Source: an uncultured Spirochaetaceae bacterium
GTDB taxonomy: Bacteria; Spirochaetota; Spirochaetia; Sphaerochaetales; Sphaerochaetaceae
Reading direction: 5' to 3'
NCBI GenBank assembly: GCA_964543935.1
Contig: CAZJAK010000001.1
Span: forward strand, 3,912-67,911
Length of the DNA stretch: 64,000 nt
Shown here: piece by piece, positions 45,461 to 55,326 of the stretch
Position numbering within the stretch: the first letter of the stretch is position 1
Layout: each line of letters opens with the position of its first letter
The notes under the pieces: generated by a model
What the model was told of the DNA's origin: nothing
Databases searched by the model: none
The model's input: only the letters and a program-made list of their open reading frames with translations
Translations under genes and position numbers: made by a program

Positions 45461-46399
45461 TCAGAAAAATCCGAAAGCCATCAGGAGTGCAATCCATAAG
45501 AACATCGTGATGATTGAGAATACCGTGGTGAAGACCACCAATTGTCCAGCCAGCTCCCCGTCACCATCCATCTGCATCGCCATCGTGTAGGATGAGACGG
45601 CGGATGGAGAGGCGAACATCGCCATCAGGATGACCAGCTCGATCTCCCTGAAGCCCAAAGCGACCGCCACCGACAGCCCTGCCATCGGGACGAGGACCAG
45701 GCGGGCAATCACGGCAGCGGTGAGCTGGACCCGGTTGTTCCGAATCGAGCTGAAGGTCACCGACCCACCGAGGATGACCAATGCCAAGGGGGTGGCGATG
45801 TTGGCCATTTCACCCAAGAACTTTTCGATGATGGAGGGAAGTTTGACTCCGAAGATGACGAGCACCAAAGCCGAGACGGCACCAATGATGATCGGGTTGC
45901 CGATGATTCCTTTGAGGACCTTCTTGAGACTCGGTTTGGAGCCCCTGAAATACTCCAAGGCGATGACCGAAAGGGTATTGATCAGCGGGACGACCACACC
46001 GACTAGGATCGAGGCGACGCCCAGGCTTTTCTCTCCGTAGAGTGCAGTAGCCACCGGGATGCCGAACAAGATGAAGTTGCTGCGGCTGATGCCTTGCACG
46101 AGCACCCCACGCTTGCGGTTTTCCTTTTCAAAGCGCGGAACGATTATCATGGCGATGATGAACAGGACGACCAATGAGGAGCAGGCAAAGGCAATCAACC
46201 TCGCCGAGACGGCCTCTTCAAGGTTGGCTTGGTAGATGTTCATGAACAGCAGTGCAGGGAAAAAGGAGCGGAAGATGACGTTGTTCATCTCCTTGAAACT
46301 GCGTTCACTCATCAACTTGGTCTGCTTGAGCACATAGCCGAGCGCCAGCTTGAGGAACAGCGGGAACACCACCAAGAAGGATGTCTTCAAATATTCCAT
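45461..46399 (-). CDS. AEC-family (auxin efflux carrier-like) permease
   Basis: Polytopic ORF. The MEYLKTSFLVVFPLFLKLALGYVLKQ N-terminus is typical of the family. An alternative start lies at 46417. Confidence 0.78.
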   Translation of the reverse strand: MEYLKTSFLVVFPLFLKLALGYVLKQTKLMSERSFKEMNNVIFRSFFPALLFMNIYQANLEEAVSARLIAFACSSLVVLFIIAMIIVPRFEKENRKRGVLVQGISRSNFILFGIPVATALYGEKSLGVASILVGVVVPLINTLSVIALEYFRGSKPSLKKVLKGIIGNPIIIGAVSALVLVIFGVKLPSIIEKFLGEMANIATPLALVILGGSVTFSSIRNNRVQLTAAVIARLVLVPMAGLSVAVALGFREIELVILMAMFASPSAVSSYTMAMQMDGDGELAGQLVVFTTVFSIITMFLWIALLMAFGFF

Positions 46400-46400
46400 G

Positions 46401-47471
46401 TCAGCGCCTTTGAGCATCCAGCCGGATCCGTTCGATGTGCTCTTTGTACGGAGGCCGGATGATGCCCGCCTCGGTGATGATCCCGGTGATGTGTTGGTGC
46501 GGCGTCACGTCGAAGGCAGGATTGTACACCGCCATGCCCTCGGGAGCTACTCGAACGCCACCAGGATGGGTCACTTCAGTCCCATCGCGTTCCTCGATGG
46601 GGATGTCGGCTCCGCAGGCGATGGAAAAGTCGATGGTCGAGACCGGCACGACGCTGTAGAAGGGTACCCCATACAGCTTGCACAAAGCGCTGAGCATGAA
46701 GGTGCCGATCTTGTTGCAAACGTCCCCGTTGGCCGCGACGCGGTCGCCGCCGAGGATGACCAAGTCGATTTGCCCGTCACGGATCAAGGTGGCCGCAACG
46801 CTGTCGGCGATGAGCTTGGAAGGAATCTTGGCTTGGGTGAGTTCCCATGCGGTCAGGCGGGCGCCTTGGAAACGCGGTCTGGTCTCATCGGCGTAGACGA
46901 AGATCTTCTTGCCGCTGTAGAAGGCCTCCTTGATGACTCCCAGAGCGGTTCCCCACCCGGCGGTAGCCAATGCCCCGGTGTTGCAATGGGTCAGTATGGT
47001 TGCTTTTTGCGGTACGATCTCGTTGCCGATGCGGCTGATTGCCTTATTGGTGGCGATGTCCTCGCTGCGGATGGCATGGGCCTCCTTAAGCAAGGCGGCC
47101 ACCATGGCCGCGCTTGAATTCCAGCGGGTGCTGTCATAACGGGCCAGCATCCGTTGCAGGGCCCAATGGAGGTTCACAGCCGTAGGCCGTGATGCATCGA
47201 GGAAATCGCAGGCCTCTTGGAGCCGGTGGCGGAACGGCCTCTCGTCGGCGGCAGAGAACAAAGGGCTGAACTCGGTGGCGGCCATGACCACCCCGTAAGC
47301 CGCTGTCGCCCCGATAGCCGGGGCGCCGCGCACCACCATGTCGCGGATGGCGAATTCGACATCTCGGTATGTGCGGCAGGTGAAGGTTTCACAGGACGTG
47401 GGCAAGACCCGTTGGTCGATCAAGTGTAAATGGCCGTCACGATATTCGAGCGTGATGAAGGATTCGTCCAT
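46401..47471 (-). CDS. mtnA: S-methyl-5-thioribose-1-phosphate isomerase
   Basis: 356-aa eIF-2B alpha/beta/delta-like fold. It has VVRGAPAIGATAAYG, THCNTGALAT and GADRVAANGDVCNKIGT. Confidence 0.88.
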   Translation of the reverse strand: MDESFITLEYRDGHLHLIDQRVLPTSCETFTCRTYRDVEFAIRDMVVRGAPAIGATAAYGVVMAATEFSPLFSAADERPFRHRLQEACDFLDASRPTAVNLHWALQRMLARYDSTRWNSSAAMVAALLKEAHAIRSEDIATNKAISRIGNEIVPQKATILTHCNTGALATAGWGTALGVIKEAFYSGKKIFVYADETRPRFQGARLTAWELTQAKIPSKLIADSVAATLIRDGQIDLVILGGDRVAANGDVCNKIGTFMLSALCKLYGVPFYSVVPVSTIDFSIACGADIPIEERDGTEVTHPGGVRVAPEGMAVYNPAFDVTPHQHITGIITEAGIIRPPYKEHIERIRLDAQRR

Positions 47472-47504
47472 GAAGGGTTCCTCGTTTTACGGTAGTCGAC
47501 CGCC

Positions 47505-48794
47505 CTAAGGGCAGTCGGTCAAGCGGTTCCAATTCCGTCCGGCATCGTCGACGACCTGTTGCAAGTCGATCGATCTCAAGATTCGGTTTTTCATCAAGAT
47601 GTTCCCTTTGCAGATGGTGGTGTCGACATCGCTGGAAGCGATTGCGAACACCAACGCCGAATAGGGGTCGTTGAGCGGAGTGAGATGGGCTTTACGGGTG
47701 TCGACGAGCAGGATGTCGGCGTCTTTACCGACCTCCAACGTTCCGCATTCATCGGCGCGCCCCAAGGCCCTCGCACCCTCCACCGTAGCCATGCGGAGTA
47801 TCCCGTAGGGGGGTATGGCCATCGGATTGCCGTTCTGCACCGAGGCGAGCATGGCGGCCAGGCGCATCTCGCGGAACATATCGAGGGTGTTGTTCGAGGC
47901 CGCTCCATCGGTTCCCAAAGCAACCGGAATCCCGGCTGTGCGCAACTTGGTGACGGGGGCGACCCCGCTGGCAAGTTTGCAGTTGCTGCTGGGATTATGG
48001 ACGACGACCGTTCCGGTATCGGCCAAGATGGCCATATCGTCGTCCTGAGGATGCACGCAATGGGCTAGATAGGTTGATCGTCCAAGGAATCCGAGCGAAT
48101 GTAGGTGGGCGATCGGGGTTTTGCCATAGCTTGCCCGGCAACGTGACACCTCCACAGCTGTCTCGCTGGCATGGCTGTGCAGACCGAATCCGTGTTCCTT
48201 GGCCACAAGAACGGCATGGCGGTAGGTCTCGGGAGTGCAGGTGTACACGGCATGGGGTGCCACGTCGATGTGTATCAAGCCATTCGAGCAGGAGGCCGCT
48301 TGTTCGAGTGCTTCCAGATTCTCGGCGCAACGCTTGAGGGTGTCATCGATGCCGCCGAAGAGCGTCAAGCCGATGTTGGCCTTGATGCCGGCCTCCAGGA
48401 CTGCTTGGCAAGTCGAATCAGCGAAGAAATACATGTCGGCCACACAGGTGGTGCCGGACATGATTGCCTCAGCCAAGGCAAGGCGAGACCCTACCAAGAC
48501 ATCTTGCCGGGTGAGTCGGTCCTCCAACGGCCAAATTTTTGACAACCAGTCATGCAGATCACTGACGGTATCTTGGTAATTGCGGAAGAACGTCATGCTC
48601 AGGTGAGTGTGGGCGTTGACCAGGCCAGGCATGGCGATCATGCCGGTGGCGTCGATGACCTGGTCAGATTCTACTTCTGTTTTCGACGGTCCGCAGGCGA
48701 CGATCTTCCCCCCCTGAATGGCTATGTCGCCGATGACGGGAGGCTGTTCGCCTGTCATCGGCACGATTGTCGCATTGCGGATGAGCAAGTCCAT
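47505..48794 (-). CDS. mtaD: 5'-methylthioadenosine/S-adenosylhomocysteine deaminase-type amidohydrolase
   Basis: GLVNAHTHLSMT metal-binding motif, plus HASE and GTDGAASNN motifs of the MtaD/TRZ-ATZ amidohydrolase group. Confidence 0.82.
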   Translation of the reverse strand: MDLLIRNATIVPMTGEQPPVIGDIAIQGGKIVACGPSKTEVESDQVIDATGMIAMPGLVNAHTHLSMTFFRNYQDTVSDLHDWLSKIWPLEDRLTRQDVLVGSRLALAEAIMSGTTCVADMYFFADSTCQAVLEAGIKANIGLTLFGGIDDTLKRCAENLEALEQAASCSNGLIHIDVAPHAVYTCTPETYRHAVLVAKEHGFGLHSHASETAVEVSRCRASYGKTPIAHLHSLGFLGRSTYLAHCVHPQDDDMAILADTGTVVVHNPSSNCKLASGVAPVTKLRTAGIPVALGTDGAASNNTLDMFREMRLAAMLASVQNGNPMAIPPYGILRMATVEGARALGRADECGTLEVGKDADILLVDTRKAHLTPLNDPYSALVFAIASSDVDTTICKGNILMKNRILRSIDLQQVVDDAGRNWNRLTDCP

Positions 48795-48833
48795 GTGGTG
48801 ATAGTACCATGAAAGCGTGCCATTGTCACTCGA

Positions 48834-48853
48834 GCGCCGCCCGAAAGCGGCGC
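48834..48853 (-). terminator. GC hairpin between fucI and mtaD (possible terminator, no U-tract)
   Basis: GCGCCGC (48834-40) and GCGGCGC (48847-53) form a 7-bp stem with a 6-nt loop. No T-run follows on either strand. Confidence 0.25.
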
Positions 48854-48864
48854 ATCAATACCAA

Positions 48865-50691
48865 TCAATACTGGCCGTACAAGGGGCCGTAGGCGGCACA
48901 GGCGCGGTAATCGGCCCCCTCCTTGTCCATTCCGAATGCATTCCAAGAGCTAGGTCGGAAGATGTCTTCTTCGGCTACATTGTGCATGCAGACAGGGATG
49001 CGCAGCATGGCGCACAAGGTGATCAAATCGGCGCCGATATGACCGTAGCTGATGGCGCCATGGTTGGCACCCCAACTCGCCATGACCGAATAGACATCTT
49101 TGAAGGGCCCGTCCTTTCCGTCAGTGCGCGGCACGAACCACGTCGTCGGCCAAGTCGGGTCGGTCCGCTTGTTGATTTTCTCGAACACTTCGGCGGGAAT
49201 GTCGCAGGTCCATCCTTCCGCAATCTGCATGACGGGTCCGATCCCTTTGACGATATTCAAGCGGCTCATTGTCACCGGCATCTCTCCATCGGTGAGGAAG
49301 GTGGAAGAATACCCGCCGCCGCGGAAGTAGCCGCCGTTGGCGACGCTGAACTCAGTATGGGCAAGGGTCTGCTCGACATCCGTTTCGGTGATGTCCCAAA
49401 AGTGCTTCATGACCGGTTTTCCTTGCCCGTCTTTCATTCGTCCGGCAGCGTCGAGGGTGGTCGCGCCTGAATTGATGAGGTGGATGAAGCCCTCCTTGGC
49501 GCGGCCGACCGGCTTCCAACCGGTGACACGCTCAATGGCCGCCGGACTCCAATAGGTGCGCACGTCGCTGAAGATCTGGGCCCGGTTGGTCAACAATTTG
49601 CCGAACACCATCGCCGTCCCGTTGCAAAAGTCGTTCTCAGTGGCCATGATGAACGGCTCGCGGATGCCGTTCCAATCGAAAGAGGTGCACAACATCGTCT
49701 CCATGAAATCGCCGTTGGGCCAATGGTCGGTCCATTGCCGCTGGCCTTGGAAACCCGAGAACAAAGCATTGTGCCCCAAGGCTTCTTCAGGGAAGCCGAG
49801 CTTGGCCAGGTTGGGATTGCCGATCATCAAGTCTCGCCCGATCATCACCATCTTGATGCAATATTCCCAATCACCCTTGCGCTCTTGCTCTGATCGTTTC
49901 CAAGCGGGGAGGTTGACCGTGTCGGGTGCTTCCTTGCAATGTTCGTTCACCCATCTGCCGGCCAAGGCGTATTCTTCAGGATCGAAAATTTCCTCTTCGA
50001 CCCGACGGGCTATCTCGCTCATGTCGACCACTTCGGTGCGCATGCCAAGGTAGGCTTGGAGAAAGTCTTGGTCGACGATCGAACCGGCGATGCCCATCGA
50101 GCAACCGCCGATCGACAAGTAGCTCTTGTCACGCATGGTCGCTACAGCCAGGCCGGCGCGGGCAAAACGGAGGATTTTTGCTGACACGTCTGACGGAATG
50201 CTGCTGTCGCTTGAATCCTGCACATCGCGGCCGTAGATGCCGAAAGCGGGCAAGCCCTTTTGGGCATGGGCCGCCAAGACCGCCGCAAGATAGACCGCTC
50301 CCGGCCGCTCGGTTCCGTTGAAACCCCACACTGCTTTGACGGTGGTGGGGTCGGCATCGAATGTTTCGGTGCCGTAACACCAGCACGGTGTCACGGTCAA
50401 TGTGACGGCGACGTTCTCCTGTTTGAATTTGGCATGGCATTGGGCGGCTTCGGCGACTCCTCCGATGGTGGTGTCGGAAATGATGCACTCGACGGGCAAG
50501 CCATTGGAATGCTTCACCTGAGAGCTGATGAGGAAGGCTGCCGCTTTAGCCATCGCCATGGTTTGGCCTTCGAGCGATTCACGAACGCCCCGGTGCCTTC
50601 CGTCGATGACGGGGCGGATCCCAATCTTGGGCAACAAGCCCGCGTAGCGCTGCTCGGGGCCGACATTGTCTATGTGGAAATTTTTTGCCAT
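48865..50691 (-). CDS. fucI: L-fucose isomerase
   Basis: 608 aa. [33 protein letters not shown] closely parallels the E. coli FucI N-terminus as I recall it. An AGGAGG SD is present. Confidence 0.9.
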   Translation of the reverse strand: MAKNFHIDNVGPEQRYAGLLPKIGIRPVIDGRHRGVRESLEGQTMAMAKAAAFLISSQVKHSNGLPVECIISDTTIGGVAEAAQCHAKFKQENVAVTLTVTPCWCYGTETFDADPTTVKAVWGFNGTERPGAVYLAAVLAAHAQKGLPAFGIYGRDVQDSSDSSIPSDVSAKILRFARAGLAVATMRDKSYLSIGGCSMGIAGSIVDQDFLQAYLGMRTEVVDMSEIARRVEEEIFDPEEYALAGRWVNEHCKEAPDTVNLPAWKRSEQERKGDWEYCIKMVMIGRDLMIGNPNLAKLGFPEEALGHNALFSGFQGQRQWTDHWPNGDFMETMLCTSFDWNGIREPFIMATENDFCNGTAMVFGKLLTNRAQIFSDVRTYWSPAAIERVTGWKPVGRAKEGFIHLINSGATTLDAAGRMKDGQGKPVMKHFWDITETDVEQTLAHTEFSVANGGYFRGGGYSSTFLTDGEMPVTMSRLNIVKGIGPVMQIAEGWTCDIPAEVFEKINKRTDPTWPTTWFVPRTDGKDGPFKDVYSVMASWGANHGAISYGHIGADLITLCAMLRIPVCMHNVAEEDIFRPSSWNAFGMDKEGADYRACAAYGPLYGQY

Positions 50692-50818
50692 AACATGCCT
50701 CCTATGGTATATAATGAGCGGGTATAGCCGATGTAATCGTTTACAACCTTAAGTATGGCACAGGGTGGGCGATTGCGCAATGGAAAACACGCCGACACCA
50801 CCCTACGGGAGAACAGAC

Positions 50819-51247
50819 ATGCTCAAGAACATCCCCTCGATCCTAAGCCCTGAATTGTTGAAAATCCTCATGGAGATGGGGCACGGGGACGAGATAGTCA
50901 TCGCTGACGGAAACTTTCCCGCCGCCTCGTGCGCCCAACGTTTGGTCCGCCTCGATGGGTGTGAAGCCTGCGATGTGCTCAAGGCAATGTTAACGCTGTT
51001 TCCACTCGATTCGTATGCCGACAACGCCTTTTTGATGGAAAAGGTCCCGCATGACCCGGTCGAGACCCCGATTTGGGAACGCTATGGAGCGATAGCGCGA
51101 CGTAGTGACGAGCATTTCAGCCGCTTCACGTTCATCGAACGGTTTGCCTTCTATGAACGGGCCAGGCAAGCATATGCCATCGTGGCCACCGGTGAGAAAG
51201 CCCTCTACGCCAACCTCATCCTGAAAAAAGGGGTGGTCAAATCCTGA
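50819..51247 (+). CDS. fucU: L-fucose mutarotase (RbsD/FucU family)
   Basis: MLKNIPSILSPELLKILMEMGHGDEIVIADGNFPA is a canonical FucU N-terminus. GGGAGA lies 6 nt upstream of the ATG at 50819. Confidence 0.85.
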   Translation: MLKNIPSILSPELLKILMEMGHGDEIVIADGNFPAASCAQRLVRLDGCEACDVLKAMLTLFPLDSYADNAFLMEKVPHDPVETPIWERYGAIARRSDEHFSRFTFIERFAFYERARQAYAIVATGEKALYANLILKKGVVKS

Positions 51248-51251
51248 CTGG

Positions 51252-52991
51252 TTAAAAGTCCAACACCTTGCCAGATGTGCGGCTGACCTTGCCGCGTTGG
51301 ATTTTGCGGGTGCTGGTCATTGCCATGGGTTTTTCCACCAACGTCACCCGCGAAATTTTCATGCTGTGGCGCATCTTGCGGTTGACTTCCGTCACGATGC
51401 GGGCAATGTCTTGTTCGATGGCGGCATTGTTGAAGCCGAGGTTGCGGTAATGTTCGGCATTGGGATGGATCACCGCCTCGATGCCCTCGGCTTTGACCGC
51501 CTTTTTGGCCAAGTAACCACGTACCAGCACTTGTTCGATTTGACCGTAGAGCTGAAAGGCATCCTCGATCTCTTCAGGGTAGACGTTTTTGCCCCCCTCG
51601 GTGACGATGATGTTCTTGGCCCTTCCTTTGAGGTAGAGGTAATTGTCCTTGTCCAAGCTGCCGAGGTCACCGGTTTTCAACCATCCATCGGCCGTGAACA
51701 ACGCACCCGTGTTGACCGGATCCCGGTAATACCCCAGGCAAATGTTCGGTCCTTGCACTTGGACTTCACCGACTCCGAACAGGTCCGCCTCCCCGATGCG
51801 CATCTTCACCAACGGGAACACTTTCCCCACCGAGGCGACCTTGAATCGGCTAACCGGGTTGAGGGTGAGGATCGGGGCGGTCTCGGTAAGGCCATACCCT
51901 TGGATGAAGTCGATGCCGAGTTGCTGATATCTGCGGAAGGTTTTAGGCGAAAGTGGCCCGCCTCCGCTGATGCAGATGCGGATGTTGGTCATGCCGATGC
52001 CTTCCAACATCGCGTGGAACCAGCGCCGTCCAGGATTCTTGCCGGTGAGGGTGCGTATCAAACCGTTGACGAACAATAACGAACGCACCACTACATAGGC
52101 AGCCAGTCCCTTTTCGCGGACTTTCCTAAATAAGCCGGCCAAGAGCTTGTTGTATAACAGCGGGATGGCCAGGAACATCGTCACCTTGCCTTCGCGCATG
52201 TCGCTCAAGATCCGCGAGACGACCATGCCTTGGCCGAAGATGATCTCGCATCCGTACATCAACGCCACCAGGAACACAGCTGTCATGGAATACGAGTGGT
52301 GCAACGGAAGCAGGGCGTAGAAGACGTCGGTCTCGGTGATGGTCAAGAATTCCCGATCTCCCGCTTGGTACACGTCGCTGACGATGTTGCGGTGGGAAAG
52401 CATGACTCCCTTCTCATTGCCGGTGGTGCCGCTGGTGAACAAAATGGCGGCCAAGTCATGTTCGTCAGTCTTCACCACCTTGAAGCCTTTGCCTGCTCGG
52501 ACACTGTAGATGTCGGGTTTCCCAGTCTCGTGTTGACCGTCGAGGGAGATGGCCCCCTTCAGGCTTTCGAACCACTGGTCGCGCTTGCATGCGACGATGA
52601 CGTCCGAATCGGCCAGCATGAAGGATGCGCCCGCGAACGATCCCAAGGCATTGACCCGCTCTGCTTGCATCTGATTGTCCAGCGGTACGATGACAGCTCC
52701 GCAAAACAACGTGGCCAGGTATCCTATGGCCCATGCGGGGGAGTTCTTTCCATTCAACAAGACCCGGTCCCCTTTGCCGACGCCTTGTTCCTGCATGTAG
52801 GCGGCCACCCGCAGGATTTCCTCGTTCAGTTGACCGTATGTGAATGTCTTGCCATTGGCACCGAGTGTCGTGAATGACTTGCGCTGTGCATGGCGTTCCA
52901 CCGTAATGGAGAACATGGTGCTAATGGAAGGCCAATCGCCTTCGAACAGTCTGCCTCGATAGGTCTCCAAAATGTCCCATGATCGTTCCAT
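51252..52991 (-). CDS. AMP-dependent long-chain acyl-CoA synthetase/ligase
   Basis: ILFTSGTTGNEKGVMLSHRN (AMP-binding signature), GYGLTET and a GDLG...GRAKN core. Confidence 0.85.
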   Translation of the reverse strand: MERSWDILETYRGRLFEGDWPSISTMFSITVERHAQRKSFTTLGANGKTFTYGQLNEEILRVAAYMQEQGVGKGDRVLLNGKNSPAWAIGYLATLFCGAVIVPLDNQMQAERVNALGSFAGASFMLADSDVIVACKRDQWFESLKGAISLDGQHETGKPDIYSVRAGKGFKVVKTDEHDLAAILFTSGTTGNEKGVMLSHRNIVSDVYQAGDREFLTITETDVFYALLPLHHSYSMTAVFLVALMYGCEIIFGQGMVVSRILSDMREGKVTMFLAIPLLYNKLLAGLFRKVREKGLAAYVVVRSLLFVNGLIRTLTGKNPGRRWFHAMLEGIGMTNIRICISGGGPLSPKTFRRYQQLGIDFIQGYGLTETAPILTLNPVSRFKVASVGKVFPLVKMRIGEADLFGVGEVQVQGPNICLGYYRDPVNTGALFTADGWLKTGDLGSLDKDNYLYLKGRAKNIIVTEGGKNVYPEEIEDAFQLYGQIEQVLVRGYLAKKAVKAEGIEAVIHPNAEHYRNLGFNNAAIEQDIARIVTEVNRKMRHSMKISRVTLVEKPMAMTSTRKIQRGKVSRTSGKVLDF

Positions 52992-53162
52992 AACGGTTCC
53001 TTCGTCGCAAACCAGCCATAGTCTGAATTGACTATATGGGCATGATAAGCGACAGAACCATTATGAGTCCGGGTGGAAGCTTGTTGTCAACAATTCATCT
53101 AAGTATTTTCAAAAAAAACAATTGTAATGGATAGTAGATTATAACCATATCGCGTTCGAGCC

Positions 53163-53858
53163 TTACAAACCCAAATGTTCCTCACCCAACTGCCGTACAT
53201 AGATTGCCAAGGCGTAGAGTGGTGCATCATGCAAGCCCTTGTCAGATAACAGCGGACTTGCCCGTTCGAAAGCGCTTTTGTTGTTCTCCCAATACGAGGC
53301 AATGGTCCGCAAACCCGCGACGCTCAGAGAATCGGGACTCAATGAGAGCAACCGCATGCCTTTGCGCACGAACGGATCATACGGTAGTATGCAGGCAGTC
53401 GAACCCCATAAGATGGTGGTGGCAACTGCATCGTCGTCGATCGGCCCGCAGATGCCTTGATCGCGTAAGAATTTTTGGATGTCCGCAACGGTCTTGATGA
53501 TGGTCCGCTGTATCGCTGCGTCGGTCAATCGAACGGGGTCGCAATCCCGCAACGCGGATACTTCCTCCAGTCGCAGGATCTCGGCTAACGGCATGAGGAC
53601 TTTGGCATCCGAGGGTAGCAATGCATGACCCGGACTCAATGCCCACGCAGTCATGAACAGCTGCAAGTCAGACGATACATGAAGCAGGTCGTCGCCGCAC
53701 GATTCGGCCAAGGAGCGGTATAAGCGCTCCATGGAGCGATACTTTGGATTGATGTTCGGTTGTGAGCGGAGGATGAAGCGTTTCAGCGTTGGTTCGATGT
53801 CAAGGCTGGCGGCCTCTTGGGTGTGTCGTCTGAGAGCTCGTACGGGATTGATTCGCAT
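53163..53858 (-). CDS. Hypothetical protein
   Basis: 231-aa ORF with no recognisable motifs. It lies on the same strand as xylBA but after their terminator, and it is followed by an AT-rich spacer. Coding status rests on length only. Confidence 0.45.
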   Translation of the reverse strand: MRINPVRALRRHTQEAASLDIEPTLKRFILRSQPNINPKYRSMERLYRSLAESCGDDLLHVSSDLQLFMTAWALSPGHALLPSDAKVLMPLAEILRLEEVSALRDCDPVRLTDAAIQRTIIKTVADIQKFLRDQGICGPIDDDAVATTILWGSTACILPYDPFVRKGMRLLSLSPDSLSVAGLRTIASYWENNKSAFERASPLLSDKGLHDAPLYALAIYVRQLGEEHLGL

Positions 53859-53912
53859 GGTTCCAATGTAGCTGATTCACTGCGCTTCGTTAAGATGGGT
53901 AAGGCGCTTGGA

Positions 53913-53943
53913 TGAAAGAAACGGAGCGGGAAAGCCCGCTCCG
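53913..53943 (-). terminator. Intrinsic terminator of the xylB-xylA operon
   Basis: CGGAGCGGG (53922-30) and CCCGCTCCG (53935-43) form a 9-bp stem with a 4-nt loop. On the minus strand TTTCTTTCA (rc of 53913-21) follows. It lies 24 nt after the xylA stop. Confidence 0.72.
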
Positions 53944-53966
53944 TCTCGCTCGAAAAAAATACATGG

Positions 53967-55298
53967 TCATGAAAAGAGGTATTGGTTCACCAAGTTGTTG
54001 AGCAACTCCTGCTTTCCGCTGACGGCAGGGGTATGAACGGTTTTGCCGAGTTCGGCAAGCTTGGCGAAATCGAGCTTGCCTTGTTCGAACAGCTTTCCGT
54101 CGCCATGGTCGAAGGAGCTATAGCGCTTTTGTTTCATTGCATCGATTTTCCCTTCGGAAAGGATGCGGTCGGCTGCCAACAAGCCGAGGGCGAAAGCGTC
54201 CATTCCCCCGATGTGGGCGATGAACAGGTCGGCCAAGTCGGTTGAATTGCGCCTTCGTTTGGCGTCGAAGTTCAAACCGCCCTCGTGCAAGCCACCATTG
54301 CGCAAAATGATCAGCATCGCCTCGGTCGTCTCGTACACATTGGTCGGGAATTCATCGGTGTCCCACCCGTTCTGGGAGTCGCCTTGATTGGCGTCGACGC
54401 TCCCGAGCAATCCATTGTCGGCGCAGACTTGCAGGTCGTGGGCGAAGGTGTGTCCGGCCAATGTGGCGTGGTTGTTCTCGATGTTGCACTTGAAATCCTT
54501 CTCAAGGCCGTTGGCACGGATGAAACCGATAGCGGTCGCCGCGTCGAAGTCGTATTGGTGCTTGGAAGGCTCCATCGGTTTCGGTTCGATATAGAAGGTT
54601 CCCTTGAAACCGATTTTCCTGCCGTAATCGCGGGCAAGGCGAAGGAAGGCTCCGAGATGCTCGAGCTCGCGTTTCGTATCGGTGTTCCACAGGGTCATGT
54701 AGCCTTCGCGGCCGCCCCAGAAGGTGTAACCGGCTCCGCCGAGCAGGACGTTGACGTCCAAGCTGGTCTTGACTTGATGGGCCGCCCTGGCCAAGACGCC
54801 GAATTCGGGATTGGTGGCAGCCCCGTTCATGTAACGGGGGTGGCCGAACAGGTTGGAGGTGTTCCACAACAGCTTCACACCGGTCTGGTCCTGCAGTTTC
54901 TTGAGGTACTGAGCCATCTGCAGGTAGTTCTTCTCGTACTCAACGGCCGATTCGGCATCGGGGGAAGCATCGATATCGTGGAAGGCATAGTACGGAGCCC
55001 CCAGCTTGGTGATGAATTCAAACGCTGCCTCGGCTTTGTTGCGGGCGTTCTGCATCGGATCGTCGTGCTTCCACGGGAACACCATGGTCGCCTTGCCGAA
55101 CGGATCGGTCCCGTCAGCGCAAAAGCTGTGCCAATAAGCGACCGAGAAACGCAAGTGCTCGGCCATGGACTTGCCGCGAACGATTCTCTGCGGGTCATAG
55201 AATTTGAAGGCCAACGGGTTGTCCGATGTGGCCCCTTCGTAGGTGATTTTCCCTATTCCCTTGAAATATTCTGTATTACCGACAAAATAACTGCCCAT
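53967..55298 (-). CDS. xylA: Xylose isomerase
   Basis: 443 aa. It has [16 protein letters not shown] and EPKP motifs. Confidence 0.95.
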   Translation of the reverse strand: MGSYFVGNTEYFKGIGKITYEGATSDNPLAFKFYDPQRIVRGKSMAEHLRFSVAYWHSFCADGTDPFGKATMVFPWKHDDPMQNARNKAEAAFEFITKLGAPYYAFHDIDASPDAESAVEYEKNYLQMAQYLKKLQDQTGVKLLWNTSNLFGHPRYMNGAATNPEFGVLARAAHQVKTSLDVNVLLGGAGYTFWGGREGYMTLWNTDTKRELEHLGAFLRLARDYGRKIGFKGTFYIEPKPMEPSKHQYDFDAATAIGFIRANGLEKDFKCNIENNHATLAGHTFAHDLQVCADNGLLGSVDANQGDSQNGWDTDEFPTNVYETTEAMLIILRNGGLHEGGLNFDAKRRRNSTDLADLFIAHIGGMDAFALGLLAADRILSEGKIDAMKQKRYSSFDHGDGKLFEQGKLDFAKLAELGKTVHTPAVSGKQELLNNLVNQYLFS

Positions 55299-55326
55299 AA
55301 TGCTCTCCTTCCATGTTTGATGGTAA

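Noticed and set aside
50703-50715. TGGTATATAAT between fucI and fucU as the fucU promoter
   Set aside because: It is a plausible -10. However, it lies about 100 nt from the fucU ATG and overlaps the fucI 5' UTR, and I found no convincing -35. I therefore left it unannotated.
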